This document shows positions 48,985 to 58,843 of a DNA stretch of 64,000 nt, piece by piece. Origin of the DNA: a virus (taxonomy: Duplodnaviria; Caudoviricetes). Below the pieces are notes generated by a model. That model made no database searches and was not told the DNA's origin. It was given only the letters and a program-made list of their open reading frames with translations. The stretch covers positions 36,956 to 100,955 of the IMG/VR virus record IMGVR_UViG_3300029305_002015; one strand, written 5' to 3'. The position numbers were made by a program, and so were the translations under genes. Every line of letters starts with the position of its first letter. Position 1 is the first letter of the stretch.

Positions 48985-49464
48985 TTAAGAGATTCTTTCA
49001 GCATACTGATTATCAGATGCTAAAGTAACTCCTAATACTTCATCATATACCTTCTCACAATTAGGAACGAATCGTCCAAACTTTACAACTATATTTGGAT
49101 ATTCAGACAATTCTTTGATTTCAGTTTCAATCTCATCCTTATTGTATCCAGTATAGATTACAATATCATCATTACTCTTAGCTCTAAATGCATCAACAAA
49201 TGTTTTGATTTCATCATATTGCTCAAATGGCTCAAGTCCACCAAATACAACTGCTGATGTTAAACTGTTACTGAAATATCTATTAATGAGTTCATCCTCT
49301 GAAAGATTTAATGGGTTACGTCCACGCCATTGGTCATTATGGCATGTACATAAAGGCATACCAGCTTCAATACAACATTTACCACCACATTGAATAGTTC
49401 CTATAAACATCGCTGGTACCTTGTAATTGGTAAAATCTTCATCAAGGATTGTTAAGGCTCTCAT
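48985..49464 (-). CDS. nrdG: Anaerobic RNR activating enzyme (NrdG-like radical SAM)
   Basis: CGGKCC...CHN, FGGLEPF, IYTGY, KFGRF, LASDNQ; overlaps the nrdD stop. Confidence 0.85.
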   Translation of the reverse strand: MRALTILDEDFTNYKVPAMFIGTIQCGGKCCIEAGMPLCTCHNDQWRGRNPLNLSEDELINRYFSNSLTSAVVFGGLEPFEQYDEIKTFVDAFRAKSNDDIVIYTGYNKDEIETEIKELSEYPNIVVKFGRFVPNCEKVYDEVLGVTLASDNQYAERIS

Positions 49465-51212
49465 AATTGATTACGATCCTTAAACTCTGCAGCCTTTCCA
49501 GGATTGAAATTATCGATGCAGCGAAGATAACCAGTGACCCGCTGGAACATCTTCAAACGTCCGCCGCAGATAGGACATGCATCTACATGTTCAGTTACAT
49601 ATCCATGCTTCTCACAATATCTAGAAATAGGAGACAGGCTCATGTAAGGAACAGAATATTTGGCAAACATAGATTTTACAATAGATTTAGCCTGCTCACC
49701 AGAGATACCACCCTCAAGATAGCAGTGAATAACAGTGCCACCAGTAAACTGAGTCTGAAGAGCATCTTGATGTGCAAAAGTCTTATCAATACCTTCAATT
49801 AGTTTTACAGGAATATGGCAGCTGTTAGTGTAGTATACACCATCACCTTCACCCTGAGTAATGATATCAGGATATAATTTCTTATCGTTAGCAGCGAAGC
49901 GATAGCAAGTCGCCTCAGCAGGAGTAGCTTCATAATTATATAGATTACCAGTTTCATGCTGATACTCAACTAACTTCTCACGAATATGATTGCCAACCTT
50001 GATGCAGAAAGCATGAGACTCTTCATCAAGAATATTCTTGTCAAGTAGATTCTCACACATTTCATTCATACCAACAATACCAATGGTACTGAAATGATTA
50101 TCAAGAGTACCAACATATTCAATGTATGCAGGAATTAGACCAGTATCAATTACATACTTCTGTAACCATTCACGTTTAATCTCAAGACTATCCTTAGCAA
50201 TATCAAGATACTTATCAAGTTCAGCAAAGAATACATCCTGATTACCTTTAGCCTCATAAGCAATACGAGGAAGGTTAATAGTAACTACGCCGATAGATCC
50301 AGTGGAGTCACCAGAACCAAATAAACCACCATTACGGCGACGAAGTTCAGATAGATCCAGACGAAGACGACAACACATAGAACGAACATCTTCAATCTTC
50401 ATATCACTATTGACAAAGTTGGCAAAGTAGGGAATGCCATATTTACCAGTCATTTCCCAAAGAAGTTTGTTATTAGGGTTATCCCAGTCGAAACGTTCAT
50501 GAATATTATAAGTAGGAATAGGATAGGGGAAGAGTTTACCTTCACCATCACCTTTAAGCATTACTTCAAAGAATGCTCTATTTAACATATCCATCTCTTG
50601 CTGGCAGGATCCATAAGTAAAGCTTACAGGTTCACCACCAATGATGCAATATTCTTTCATCATATCAGCAGGGGGAGTAAGATCAAATGTTACATTGCTA
50701 AATGCAGGCTCTGCACCACATCTGCTATTGGAGTTAATACTGAAGATAAAGTTCTGCATACTCTGAAGAACTTCATCATAGGTTAACTTGTCACGCTTAA
50801 TAAAAGGAGCAAGTAGAGTATCAAAACCATTGAATGCAACTGCACCCATGATTTCATTCTGGAAAATAGTTGTAAGGTTAGCAATCTGATTAAGAGCAGA
50901 ATCAAAATGCTTTGCAGGAGTAGAAACAGGAATGTTACTTACACCACGAACACCCTTCATTAGGATATCCTTCAGAGAGTAACCACAGCAATAGATGGTA
51001 AGACCACCGAGATCATGAAGATGGATATGACCATCAACATAGCTGGTAGTAATTCTTTCAGGATATACTTCACGTAACCAGTAATCCTTACTTACCTCAC
51101 CAATCATATAGCGAACCATCCCACCAAATGCATAGGGGGATGAAGAATTCTCTTTTACTCGCCAGTCTGATTTCAGTAGATAATCTTCTACTATAACTTT
51201 ACTTGTTTTCAT
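49461..51212 (-). CDS. nrdD: Class III (anaerobic) ribonucleotide reductase, no ATP cone
   Basis: HLHDL, YCCG, SMCCRL finger loop, EATPAE, YYTNS, CEKHG..CPIC Zn site, RVTGYL glycyl-radical motif. Confidence 0.95.
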   Translation of the reverse strand: MKTSKVIVEDYLLKSDWRVKENSSSPYAFGGMVRYMIGEVSKDYWLREVYPERITTSYVDGHIHLHDLGGLTIYCCGYSLKDILMKGVRGVSNIPVSTPAKHFDSALNQIANLTTIFQNEIMGAVAFNGFDTLLAPFIKRDKLTYDEVLQSMQNFIFSINSNSRCGAEPAFSNVTFDLTPPADMMKEYCIIGGEPVSFTYGSCQQEMDMLNRAFFEVMLKGDGEGKLFPYPIPTYNIHERFDWDNPNNKLLWEMTGKYGIPYFANFVNSDMKIEDVRSMCCRLRLDLSELRRRNGGLFGSGDSTGSIGVVTINLPRIAYEAKGNQDVFFAELDKYLDIAKDSLEIKREWLQKYVIDTGLIPAYIEYVGTLDNHFSTIGIVGMNEMCENLLDKNILDEESHAFCIKVGNHIREKLVEYQHETGNLYNYEATPAEATCYRFAANDKKLYPDIITQGEGDGVYYTNSCHIPVKLIEGIDKTFAHQDALQTQFTGGTVIHCYLEGGISGEQAKSIVKSMFAKYSVPYMSLSPISRYCEKHGYVTEHVDACPICGGRLKMFQRVTGYLRCIDNFNPGKAAEFKDRNQL

Positions 51213-51232
51213 TTCTATATTACCTCCTAAGA

Positions 51233-51430
51233 TTAATGATTAGCTACATAGACGAGAGCTTCATTGAAGTCCATGATCTTATCATCAACCTTCAACATTG
51301 GAACATGTGTGAAGCCGAGACTAACCATTTCTTCAACTGAATTGTTCTCACTATATTGAATACCCTTCTTATCAAGCTTCTCCTTAAGAATCTTGCAATT
51401 GGGGCAATTGTTAGAGTACAATACAATCAT
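51233..51430 (-). CDS. Glutaredoxin/NrdH-like redoxin
   Basis: LYSNNCPNCKILK...VPML; first gene of the nrd operon. Confidence 0.85.
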   Translation of the reverse strand: MIVLYSNNCPNCKILKEKLDKKGIQYSENNSVEEMVSLGFTHVPMLKVDDKIMDFNEALVYVANH

Positions 51431-51484
51431 TCTACATACCTCATTTCTTGAATTTAAATTTTATTTTTTGGAGTTTACATTATG

Positions 51485-51511
51485 GATATTTAAATCAGAA
51501 ATTTAAATATC
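51485..51511. promoter_or_regulatory. 11-bp inverted repeat in the nrd operon leader
   Basis: GATATTTAAAT-CAGAA-ATTTAAATATC. Confidence 0.45.
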
Positions 51512-51528
51512 TATGAACATTCAAAATC

Positions 51529-51538
51529 AAAATATATA
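51529..51538 (-). promoter_or_regulatory. Putative early promoter motif
   Basis: TATATATTTT on the minus strand, just after a terminator and upstream of the nrd operon. Confidence 0.4.
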
Positions 51539-51548
51539 AATAAAAAAA

Positions 51549-51587
51549 TAATGATTATACCAGGGACAGTCCCTGGTATAATCATTA
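51549..51587 (-). terminator. Intrinsic terminator
   Basis: taatgattataccagggac-a-gtccctggtataatcatta with a minus-strand T tract. Confidence 0.75.
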
Positions 51588-51597
51588 CTATCTGTCA

Positions 51598-51744
51598 TTA
51601 CAGGACATATCCAAATACTTCTAATTGGATCTCAGTAATCTCTTCGGCGCTCATTGGCACGAGGCCATAATCCTCAAATCGTTTATCACCAATGATAGTA
51701 ACACCGTTGAGAACTGGAAGAAAGCGAAGAGATTCGTATGACAT
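51598..51744 (-). CDS. Small protein (not in ORF track)
   Basis: AGGAGG RBS; MSYESLRFLPVLNGVTIIGDKRFEDYGLVPMSAEEITEIQLEVFGYVL* (48 aa). Confidence 0.65.
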   Translation of the reverse strand: MSYESLRFLPVLNGVTIIGDKRFEDYGLVPMSAEEITEIQLEVFGYVL

Positions 51745-51751
51745 GACAAGC

Positions 51752-52336
51752 TTACCTCCTGTTCATAATGTTGCTGGTCTTTTCATAGACTTCATCTATT
51801 AAATGATTGGTGGTATCATTAGATGCAGCAACAGCCATCTTGTCAGCCTGTTCATTGAACTCATGTCCATTATGCCCTTTTACATGGATCATTGTCAATG
51901 CGATACCGAGATTCTGAAGCTTCTCTTGGATATCAATAAACTGCTCCCATAGATCTTTATTCTTTACAGATTTAGGTGCAGATCCTCTAAAGCCACTTGT
52001 CATCCAATTATTCTGTACCCATTTCTGAATCCATCTCTGGTTAACTGCATTACAGAAATACTCAGAATCACTAGAAAGATTAATCTGAGTATAACCACTC
52101 ATAGATCCATTATTAATACATTCAATGATCTTATTAAGACCAAAAATACCAGCCATGATCTCCATACGATTATTAGTGCTTAAACGAAAACCTTGACTGC
52201 CTTCAATAATCTTTGCTTCAGGCATATCATTGTTATCATTATCGATCCAGTACCTAATGATGTATGAAAGACCACTGGCTCCAGGATTTTTTAAACTACT
52301 ACCGTCAGTATATAATTCTATTGGCATTGTAGACAT
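51752..52336 (-). CDS. rnhA: Ribonuclease HI
   Basis: LYTDGSSLKNPG, STNNRMEI, SDSEY, VKNKDLW, HVKGHNGHEFNEQADKMA. Confidence 0.95.
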   Translation of the reverse strand: MSTMPIELYTDGSSLKNPGASGLSYIIRYWIDNDNNDMPEAKIIEGSQGFRLSTNNRMEIMAGIFGLNKIIECINNGSMSGYTQINLSSDSEYFCNAVNQRWIQKWVQNNWMTSGFRGSAPKSVKNKDLWEQFIDIQEKLQNLGIALTMIHVKGHNGHEFNEQADKMAVAASNDTTNHLIDEVYEKTSNIMNRR

Positions 52337-52375
52337 TTTAATGCCCTCCTTAAATATATTTTAATATTAGAAGTT

Positions 52376-52897
52376 TTATGTAAATCTTTTTGTAATAGTA
52401 ATCTCTCGACCACCATGATGTTCTACTTGCTCCTTGATATTGAAGTATTGCTGAAGAACTTCATATATCAGGCTTGGATAATTAGATTGAAATGGATCAT
52501 CCTTATACATTACAACAAAGGATACTCGTAATGTATTAATCTTAAATACTTTATCCATTACGAATTCAATAATCTTGAGTATCGACTTCTTAATAGATTC
52601 TTCATCTTCAGTAACGATAGTCTTTACCAGTTTTTCACTGTATTCTTCCATAAGAGATCGATATTCATTTAGAGTTTTTTCATATAATTCATGATCCTTA
52701 TTCTTCAGCAATTCAATGTCACTATATAAGATCTGCCCAAAAGCTGCAACCTCTGTATTGTATTTTTCAAGAGATACAGTAGCAAGATCATTCATATGCT
52801 TCTGGAGCATATTTATAGGCATGCCTGCATATTGGTTGCAGGCATACCGTAAATAGGCAGGGGTTAAATACATGAATGTTACACTTGGAATATTCAT
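52376..52897 (-). CDS. Hypothetical protein
   Basis: ATG (MNIPS) at 52897 after AAGGAGG (track starts at 52939). Confidence 0.65.
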   Translation of the reverse strand: MNIPSVTFMYLTPAYLRYACNQYAGMPINMLQKHMNDLATVSLEKYNTEVAAFGQILYSDIELLKNKDHELYEKTLNEYRSLMEEYSEKLVKTIVTEDEESIKKSILKIIEFVMDKVFKINTLRVSFVVMYKDDPFQSNYPSLIYEVLQQYFNIKEQVEHHGGREITITKRFT

Positions 52898-52907
52898 ATT
52901 ATCCTCC

Positions 52908-54542
52908 TTAATAATCAGCAAACTGTTTATTGAGAGCATTCTCAGCTTTAGCTACTAGCTTCTTAAACTTAGGATCTGCATTGAGTTTAGTAATCCTTTG
53001 GATTATAGCACTCTCCATCTTCTTATTCTCTTTCTTAGTAGCTCTAGCTTCAGCCTCTTTAACACTATCATCTGTAGGCATATCCATTTTACGACGAAGA
53101 GTCAGAGTATTAACACCATTCTCTTCAAGTAACTTAAAGAACTTCTGAACTTCTTGATCCCCAAAGGATACATACTTACTCCTGGAAGGATGTTCCTTTA
53201 ATGCTTCTTCACGTAGTGCAAGCTCATACAGATATACAGCATCATCATCAGCCCAAGAACCTTCAAATCTCATTTCATCAAAGAAACTCTTCGGAGGTTT
53301 AATAGGTTCAAACATACTATTTGTAAGCATATAACTACGAGTATTATATCCAGTATTAGCACCACGATTTGCAGGATCATTCTGAATCTTATTAAGAATA
53401 TCATGTAGAGATTCAATATGATATTGCTTAATCCTATCCTTCTTGGTCTTAGCTTTCTTCTTCTTTTTACGTTTCATACTTCCGTATACTGTACGAGCAT
53501 CATAACCTTTAATATGTTTAGGTTTGATGTCCTTAACTTCTATCATAATCTCACCAGGAGATTCTTTACATCTTAAGATATGCTCAGTTTCTTCAATACT
53601 AAGAAGTCTCATTGCCGTATCTTCTTCAATACGATCTTTAGCATATCTATCAGCTTCAGAATCATACCGTTGGCTGAGTGCATACGAATGAGCTTCTGCA
53701 ATGCACTGATCCATATTTACAAGATCTTCCTTATCAAGATCATCAATATAATCCTTATAATACTTCTTATAAGTTTCATCCTCCCGATCGATATAATCAG
53801 ATGCCATATATTCATTATAATATTCTTGATACTCTTCAGTATCTTCAATCAACTGAGAGTCATACCAGTCATCTTGCGGAGCTGTATCAATCGGAAGAAG
53901 TTCTTTAGGATCTAATTCTGGATTACTAATATACTTTATAAGCACATCAATATCATATTGATTCATCTTCTTCAACTTCGGAAGAATAATTCTATTAGAT
54001 ACGATGCGACCAGCTGAGATCATTTCAAAGAACTCTTGTTGGGTATGAACAAAGTTTCCCTTATCTTCAAGAATCTCCCATGCATGGACAACTGTTCTCA
54101 TTGCTTCTATCCAGGCATCTACTTTACGATAGGTACCCTTAACTGCACTAAGTTTACCAGAGATCTCAGATAACATATCATGTTCTCTACGATATTCATC
54201 ACTCATGTGATATATATCCTTTTCACTATAATCATGAACGATTGTTCCAATACAAGATGATCTCATCTGAGCTAATTCTTTTTCGGTATACTTATGCTCA
54301 TAATTTGTTTTATACCTTTTGAAATAAGCATCTTCTTCGATTATACCATCACTAGTACCAACAAGACCTAAAGACTTTTCTCTTTTATCAAGTTTTGGAT
54401 CTAGTTCTTTACTGGTAATAAAGTCTTCAAATTCATCTTCGTCTGGTTGATATCTTCTACCAGGATTATATTGACTTGGATTCGAAAATAAAGATTCAGA
54501 ATCCATTAATTGTCTATACAGATCATCATATTGATTTGCCAT
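52908..54542 (-). CDS. Hypothetical protein (highly charged)
   Basis: 544 aa; acidic Tyr-rich and poly-Lys patches; preceded by the early-type motif. Confidence 0.7.
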   Translation of the reverse strand: MANQYDDLYRQLMDSESLFSNPSQYNPGRRYQPDEDEFEDFITSKELDPKLDKREKSLGLVGTSDGIIEEDAYFKRYKTNYEHKYTEKELAQMRSSCIGTIVHDYSEKDIYHMSDEYRREHDMLSEISGKLSAVKGTYRKVDAWIEAMRTVVHAWEILEDKGNFVHTQQEFFEMISAGRIVSNRIILPKLKKMNQYDIDVLIKYISNPELDPKELLPIDTAPQDDWYDSQLIEDTEEYQEYYNEYMASDYIDREDETYKKYYKDYIDDLDKEDLVNMDQCIAEAHSYALSQRYDSEADRYAKDRIEEDTAMRLLSIEETEHILRCKESPGEIMIEVKDIKPKHIKGYDARTVYGSMKRKKKKKAKTKKDRIKQYHIESLHDILNKIQNDPANRGANTGYNTRSYMLTNSMFEPIKPPKSFFDEMRFEGSWADDDAVYLYELALREEALKEHPSRSKYVSFGDQEVQKFFKLLEENGVNTLTLRRKMDMPTDDSVKEAEARATKKENKKMESAIIQRITKLNADPKFKKLVAKAENALNKQFADY

Positions 54543-54589
54543 AGTTTCACCCTCTTTTCTTGTATTAAATGTGTCACCTCATTATATTA

Positions 54590-54599
54590 ATAATATATA
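54590..54599 (-). promoter_or_regulatory. Putative early promoter motif
   Basis: TATATATTAT on the minus strand right after a terminator. Confidence 0.5.
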
Positions 54600-54611
54600 A
54601 ATAAAATTAAA

Positions 54612-54642
54612 ATTAGAGGTGGGGATTATCCCCACCTCTAAT
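54612..54642 (-). terminator. Intrinsic terminator
   Basis: attagaggtggggat-t-atccccacctctaat. Confidence 0.75.
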
Positions 54643-54647
54643 CGATA

Positions 54648-57275
54648 TTATTGTTGATTATTCTGAGGAGCAGGTGTACTATTATTATGTCCAAGGGCAT
54701 AAGCTTCTTTCAGATATTTATATTGAGTAGCATATACATGGACGAATGTTTGAGGAAGAGTTCCCCAGATGTTAAGAATAGCAGTCTGGATCTGAACAAT
54801 GATAGTATTACCAGCAGTAGACTGATTATTAGATGCAGCAGGATTATTAGTATTCACAGGCTGTCCGCCATCTTTAGGATTAGTGGGAGGAACATTAGGC
54901 ATACTAGCTCCACCTTGACCTTCTTGTTTCTGCTGACCCTGCTGGGGCTGATCTGCTTCAATATATACAGATTCTTTCTTTACTTGAGCATTATCAATGT
55001 TAACAAACTTTCTCTTCAGCTGTTCAATCTCTTGATCAAGCTTAGACTTTTGAGATTTCATTTGCTCAAGTAACTGATCAGCATCTTTAATATTAGAAAC
55101 CCATGTCTGAACTTTAGCTTTCAGGGCTTCACCTTTTACTTGTACACCTTGAGGGGTTCCAGGTTTAACGTCAGTAGGAGAGTTATAGAAAAGGATTAAG
55201 TTACGATATTTTTCGGCTCCACTACCACCGTCAGTATTCTGACCATGGAACCACTCATAGATAGCATCTTCAGGATATAGAGACTTTAGATAAGCTTTAC
55301 GAGATTCTTCACTTTCCATTACCTTCTCATCAAACTTAGCTAAATTTGTAATAACTTTATCATATCCTTTAGGAGGACTAATGTTATCCTTATAAGGAAG
55401 GATAGTCATGGTCTTGTCAGTATAATCAAAGTTAACAACTGTATCACCATTCTGAGTTACCCAGGCCTTAGCTCTCTTAAAGCTTTCATTATTCATGAAA
55501 TTCATAAAGCGATCCCAGATAGATTTTAGACGAGTGATGATAAAGTTAATTACATTGGATACACCAACAGCCTCACTGAGATATGCATCATTCTCCATAC
55601 CAGGAATAGATCTTAGATAATCATCATACATCTCTAAAGATTCGAATGTAGGAAGATCGTAGATGTCAAGAATATCATATGGAACTCGAGTAGTATTGGG
55701 AACAGAGTTCATCATATTAATATTCGTATCAAGATCTAACTTCTGATAAGGGAGCTTAAGAGAAAGATCATTTTCAATCTTACTTACTTGAGCATTCTTT
55801 AGATTGTTAAAGTGTAACTCAATATCTCTACCCTTATGCATAAATGCTACAGCAACTTCAGTATAGAGATCAGTAAGGATCTTAATATTCTCAGCTACAT
55901 CATTGATAGTAGCAGTATTGAAACCAGGAGCTCCAACATGATCATCTCTCCAACGAATAGCACCATCAATAGTACTTGCAAGTTGAGTTAAGATAACAGA
56001 AGCTGCAATGTACATATCCTTTACCAATCTCTTATAACCATTAAGAGTATGATCATGCCATGCGCCTCTAATAATGTATAGCATTTCCTGTTTAGGAGTA
56101 TAAGAACCAGGATATGCATGGGTATTATTATATGTATACTCTTTGAGAACATGATTCATCTCAGTAACTATATTAACATCGTACATCCATGCAGTATCAA
56201 CAATGAGATACTCAAATAACGCATTACCCATTAACTTAGATACAAATGCATTATCAGGAGTAAGTAAGCTTCTACCCATAAAACGAGCAGGCTTAGGTTT
56301 ATTAGTACCAAAGAGAGGATCAGCACCAATAGCCTTTACAAAGGTATCGAGAATTTCAATATACTGCTTGCATTGATTATAATCTCTACAGATTAATTCA
56401 TTAGCACCATGCATAATGTTGACAGCAATATCGAATTCACCAACTAATGGCTCTAATTCTCCAGTGGATCTACCAACAGATTCATCAATAGGACGTACTG
56501 CTAAATCTTCTGCAACAGTATCCATGAATGGGAATGCATACTGAGAAATCAAATAGATTCTGGTAGCATAACAAGCAACAGAATAATTGATATACTCGAT
56601 AACTGTATTTACCATAGTTACATACAGACGAGTATTACGATGTTTCAGTTCACGAATGAGATCAGCCATTTCATCAGTAATGAAATCAACTACTTTAATG
56701 ATAGCTTTTCTCAGTTCAGTAGCACTAGAAGAACTAAACATCTTGTAAGTTTTAATACTATCAAACATTTTGGCATCAGCTTTAGAAGTATTACTGATCA
56801 TGTCTACAGTAATACCATTGATAAGTATTCTATCAAGTACAGCACCAACAGAGTCACCCTTATCATTGAATGCCTTTTCTACTGTAAACTTAAAGAAATC
56901 TTCAATGTCTTCAGGTTCTTTGAACTTACCAGACTTCATACCTTGGATAACACCATCAGTATACTGAAGAACCGAAGCATAGTCGTCCTTAGAATAGATA
57001 TAATCTTTTGCATAGTCATAGCGTACAGTTCGAACACCGGCTGTACCTTTAGCATTCCTGATTTTATCAGATAGAGTGTCAGCGTAATCTTCCCAGATTT
57101 TAATATAGTCAGCAATAAAGCGTTTATATGTTCTAGGAACATCAGGATCAAGTTTGTCAACAGTAATTAATGACTTAAAAAGTTTAGATTTTAGATAAGA
57201 ACTCTCTTCAAGTAATTGTCGAATAGATTTAGAAATGTCCCTATCATATAGACGTGCGAATTTGATAGAATCCAT
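54648..57275 (-). CDS. Large putative head/virion protein
   Basis: ATG (MDSIK) at 57275 after AAGGAGG; internal YLSEA then VINFIITRLKSIWDRFMNF head-type helix; Q/N-rich C-terminal part. Confidence 0.5.
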   Translation of the reverse strand: MDSIKFARLYDRDISKSIRQLLEESSYLKSKLFKSLITVDKLDPDVPRTYKRFIADYIKIWEDYADTLSDKIRNAKGTAGVRTVRYDYAKDYIYSKDDYASVLQYTDGVIQGMKSGKFKEPEDIEDFFKFTVEKAFNDKGDSVGAVLDRILINGITVDMISNTSKADAKMFDSIKTYKMFSSSSATELRKAIIKVVDFITDEMADLIRELKHRNTRLYVTMVNTVIEYINYSVACYATRIYLISQYAFPFMDTVAEDLAVRPIDESVGRSTGELEPLVGEFDIAVNIMHGANELICRDYNQCKQYIEILDTFVKAIGADPLFGTNKPKPARFMGRSLLTPDNAFVSKLMGNALFEYLIVDTAWMYDVNIVTEMNHVLKEYTYNNTHAYPGSYTPKQEMLYIIRGAWHDHTLNGYKRLVKDMYIAASVILTQLASTIDGAIRWRDDHVGAPGFNTATINDVAENIKILTDLYTEVAVAFMHKGRDIELHFNNLKNAQVSKIENDLSLKLPYQKLDLDTNINMMNSVPNTTRVPYDILDIYDLPTFESLEMYDDYLRSIPGMENDAYLSEAVGVSNVINFIITRLKSIWDRFMNFMNNESFKRAKAWVTQNGDTVVNFDYTDKTMTILPYKDNISPPKGYDKVITNLAKFDEKVMESEESRKAYLKSLYPEDAIYEWFHGQNTDGGSGAEKYRNLILFYNSPTDVKPGTPQGVQVKGEALKAKVQTWVSNIKDADQLLEQMKSQKSKLDQEIEQLKRKFVNIDNAQVKKESVYIEADQPQQGQQKQEGQGGASMPNVPPTNPKDGGQPVNTNNPAASNNQSTAGNTIIVQIQTAILNIWGTLPQTFVHVYATQYKYLKEAYALGHNNSTPAPQNNQQ

Positions 57276-57381
57276 AATATATTCCTCCTTGTATTTATAA
57301 GTAAAATAATTACTTTTTGGTATCCTATACATGTATTATAAAAATCAATACAATTACTACTTAAAGGGGTGGTTAAACAAT

Positions 57382-58125
57382 ATGAGACTATATAGATGTC
57401 AGCATTGTAAATATACTGTTCCAGTAAATAAGGAAAAAGGAAAACGAAGCGCAAAATGGAAAATGGGTAACCACTATGATACTAAACACAAAGATCTACT
57501 TCCTCCTGGTATGTCTGGGTATAGATGGTTTTATTTTCTACTTACTAAGAAGGATAAAGGTAGCTGTGTTATATGTCATAATGAAACAGATTTCAATGAA
57601 GCTACAATGAAATATTCTCGTTTCTGTAATAATCCTCAATGTAAGCAGAAGTATAAAGAAGAACGAGATAATAGAATGATCAAAAAATATGGTAAAGTTT
57701 ATTTACTTGATGATCCTGAAATGCAGAAGAAAATGCAAGCAGGGCGAAAAATTGCAGGCGTCTACACATGGAGTGATGGGAAAACTAAATTTCCATATCT
57801 ATCCTCATATGAGTTAGACTTCCTCAGATATTTAGATATTGAGTTACATTGGCCAATATCAGATATAATGGCTCCATCTCCCCACACATATAGTTATGAA
57901 TATAAAGGTAAATCACATTTCTATATGCCCGACTTTTTCATTCCTTCTCTAAACCTTGAAGTTGAAATTAAAGATGATGGAAGCGCTAAGAATATCAATC
58001 AAGAAAGTAGAGAAAAGGATAAGATTAAAGAAGAGCTAATGAAATCTTTATCTAATGTATTCAACTATATTAAGATTGTAAATAAGGACTATTCTTTATT
58101 TAATGAAATGATAAAGGGGGAATGA
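57382..58125 (+). CDS. Zn-finger + TnsA/T4 gp4-like PD-(D/E)xK endonuclease
   Basis: CQHC..H..H, CVIC, CNNPQC; YLSSYELDF...HFYMPDF...EVEIK; ATG at 57382. Confidence 0.7.
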   Translation: MRLYRCQHCKYTVPVNKEKGKRSAKWKMGNHYDTKHKDLLPPGMSGYRWFYFLLTKKDKGSCVICHNETDFNEATMKYSRFCNNPQCKQKYKEERDNRMIKKYGKVYLLDDPEMQKKMQAGRKIAGVYTWSDGKTKFPYLSSYELDFLRYLDIELHWPISDIMAPSPHTYSYEYKGKSHFYMPDFFIPSLNLEVEIKDDGSAKNINQESREKDKIKEELMKSLSNVFNYIKIVNKDYSLFNEMIKGE

Positions 58126-58340
58126 TGGCAATGATTCAGTATGATAAGTCTCATTATTACATTGACTTTACTGATCATGATAATTTATCTAATGATGAAA
58201 AAGTTGCCTTGGAAAGAATTCAACAGACTTATCGTCCTATTGAACGTGTTGATTTCCTAATTGAATATAAGGTCCAAGGTAAGATCACTGCTGATGAATT
58301 TGAAAAGATGACAGGCTTACCATATAACTTTGGGATGTAA
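58122..58340 (+). CDS. XkdX-like small protein
   Basis: C-terminal GKITADEFEKMTGLPY resembles XkdX (GxITxEEYxxITGxxY). Confidence 0.55.
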   Translation: MMAMIQYDKSHYYIDFTDHDNLSNDEKVALERIQQTYRPIERVDFLIEYKVQGKITADEFEKMTGLPYNFGM

Positions 58341-58343
58341 TAA

Positions 58344-58375
58344 AAAAGAAAGGGAGGATATCCTCCCTTTCTTTT
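58344..58375. terminator. Bidirectional terminator (perfect palindrome)
   Basis: aaaagaaagggaggat-atcctccctttctttt. Confidence 0.8.
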
Positions 58376-58838
58376 AAATTTCCATTGGAACAATTTTTCT
58401 CATAATACCAAACTTTCCAATCTGCTTAATCGGTTCCCAACGCTCACCAACTTTCCCAACATGTACTCCATTATATACATTACATGTAGTACTGGGGAAC
58501 CTTTCGAAATGAGTCTCCAGGAGTTTGGTATGATCTTCTTCACTAATACAGGTAGATTCAACTTCATTGATTTCTCTAAAAGAGCTTCCAATGAATAGTT
58601 GAATTCTTCCATCAACCATATATCCACGAGGACTCTCTTCAAATTCTTCAATAGATAAACCGAAATCTTCACATAACCAATGCTGATGATCTCTATCATC
58701 ATTGGCACTAAAATTGATAACTAATTCTCCACGTACCCATGCAAATGGAATTCTTGATAGATGAAAATTAGCTGCACCAATTACCTGATCTTGAGATAAA
58801 GTTACAAACTCTCCATTGATTAACGCCTTATTATCCAT
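58374..58838 (-). CDS. Hypothetical protein
   Basis: 154 aa; RBS AGGAGG. Confidence 0.65.
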   Translation of the reverse strand: MDNKALINGEFVTLSQDQVIGAANFHLSRIPFAWVRGELVINFSANDDRDHQHWLCEDFGLSIEEFEESPRGYMVDGRIQLFIGSSFREINEVESTCISEEDHTKLLETHFERFPSTTCNVYNGVHVGKVGERWEPIKQIGKFGIMRKIVPMEI

Positions 58839-58843
58839 TACAG

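Noticed and set aside
29206-51212. Introns or inteins in RNAP beta or nrdD
   Set aside because: Both reading frames are continuous, of expected size, and lack intein or homing motifs.
52908-54542. Chimallin (nuclear shell) or sigma-like RNAP subunit call
   Set aside because: Size and early context are compatible, but no motif could be recognised; needs an HMM or structure search.
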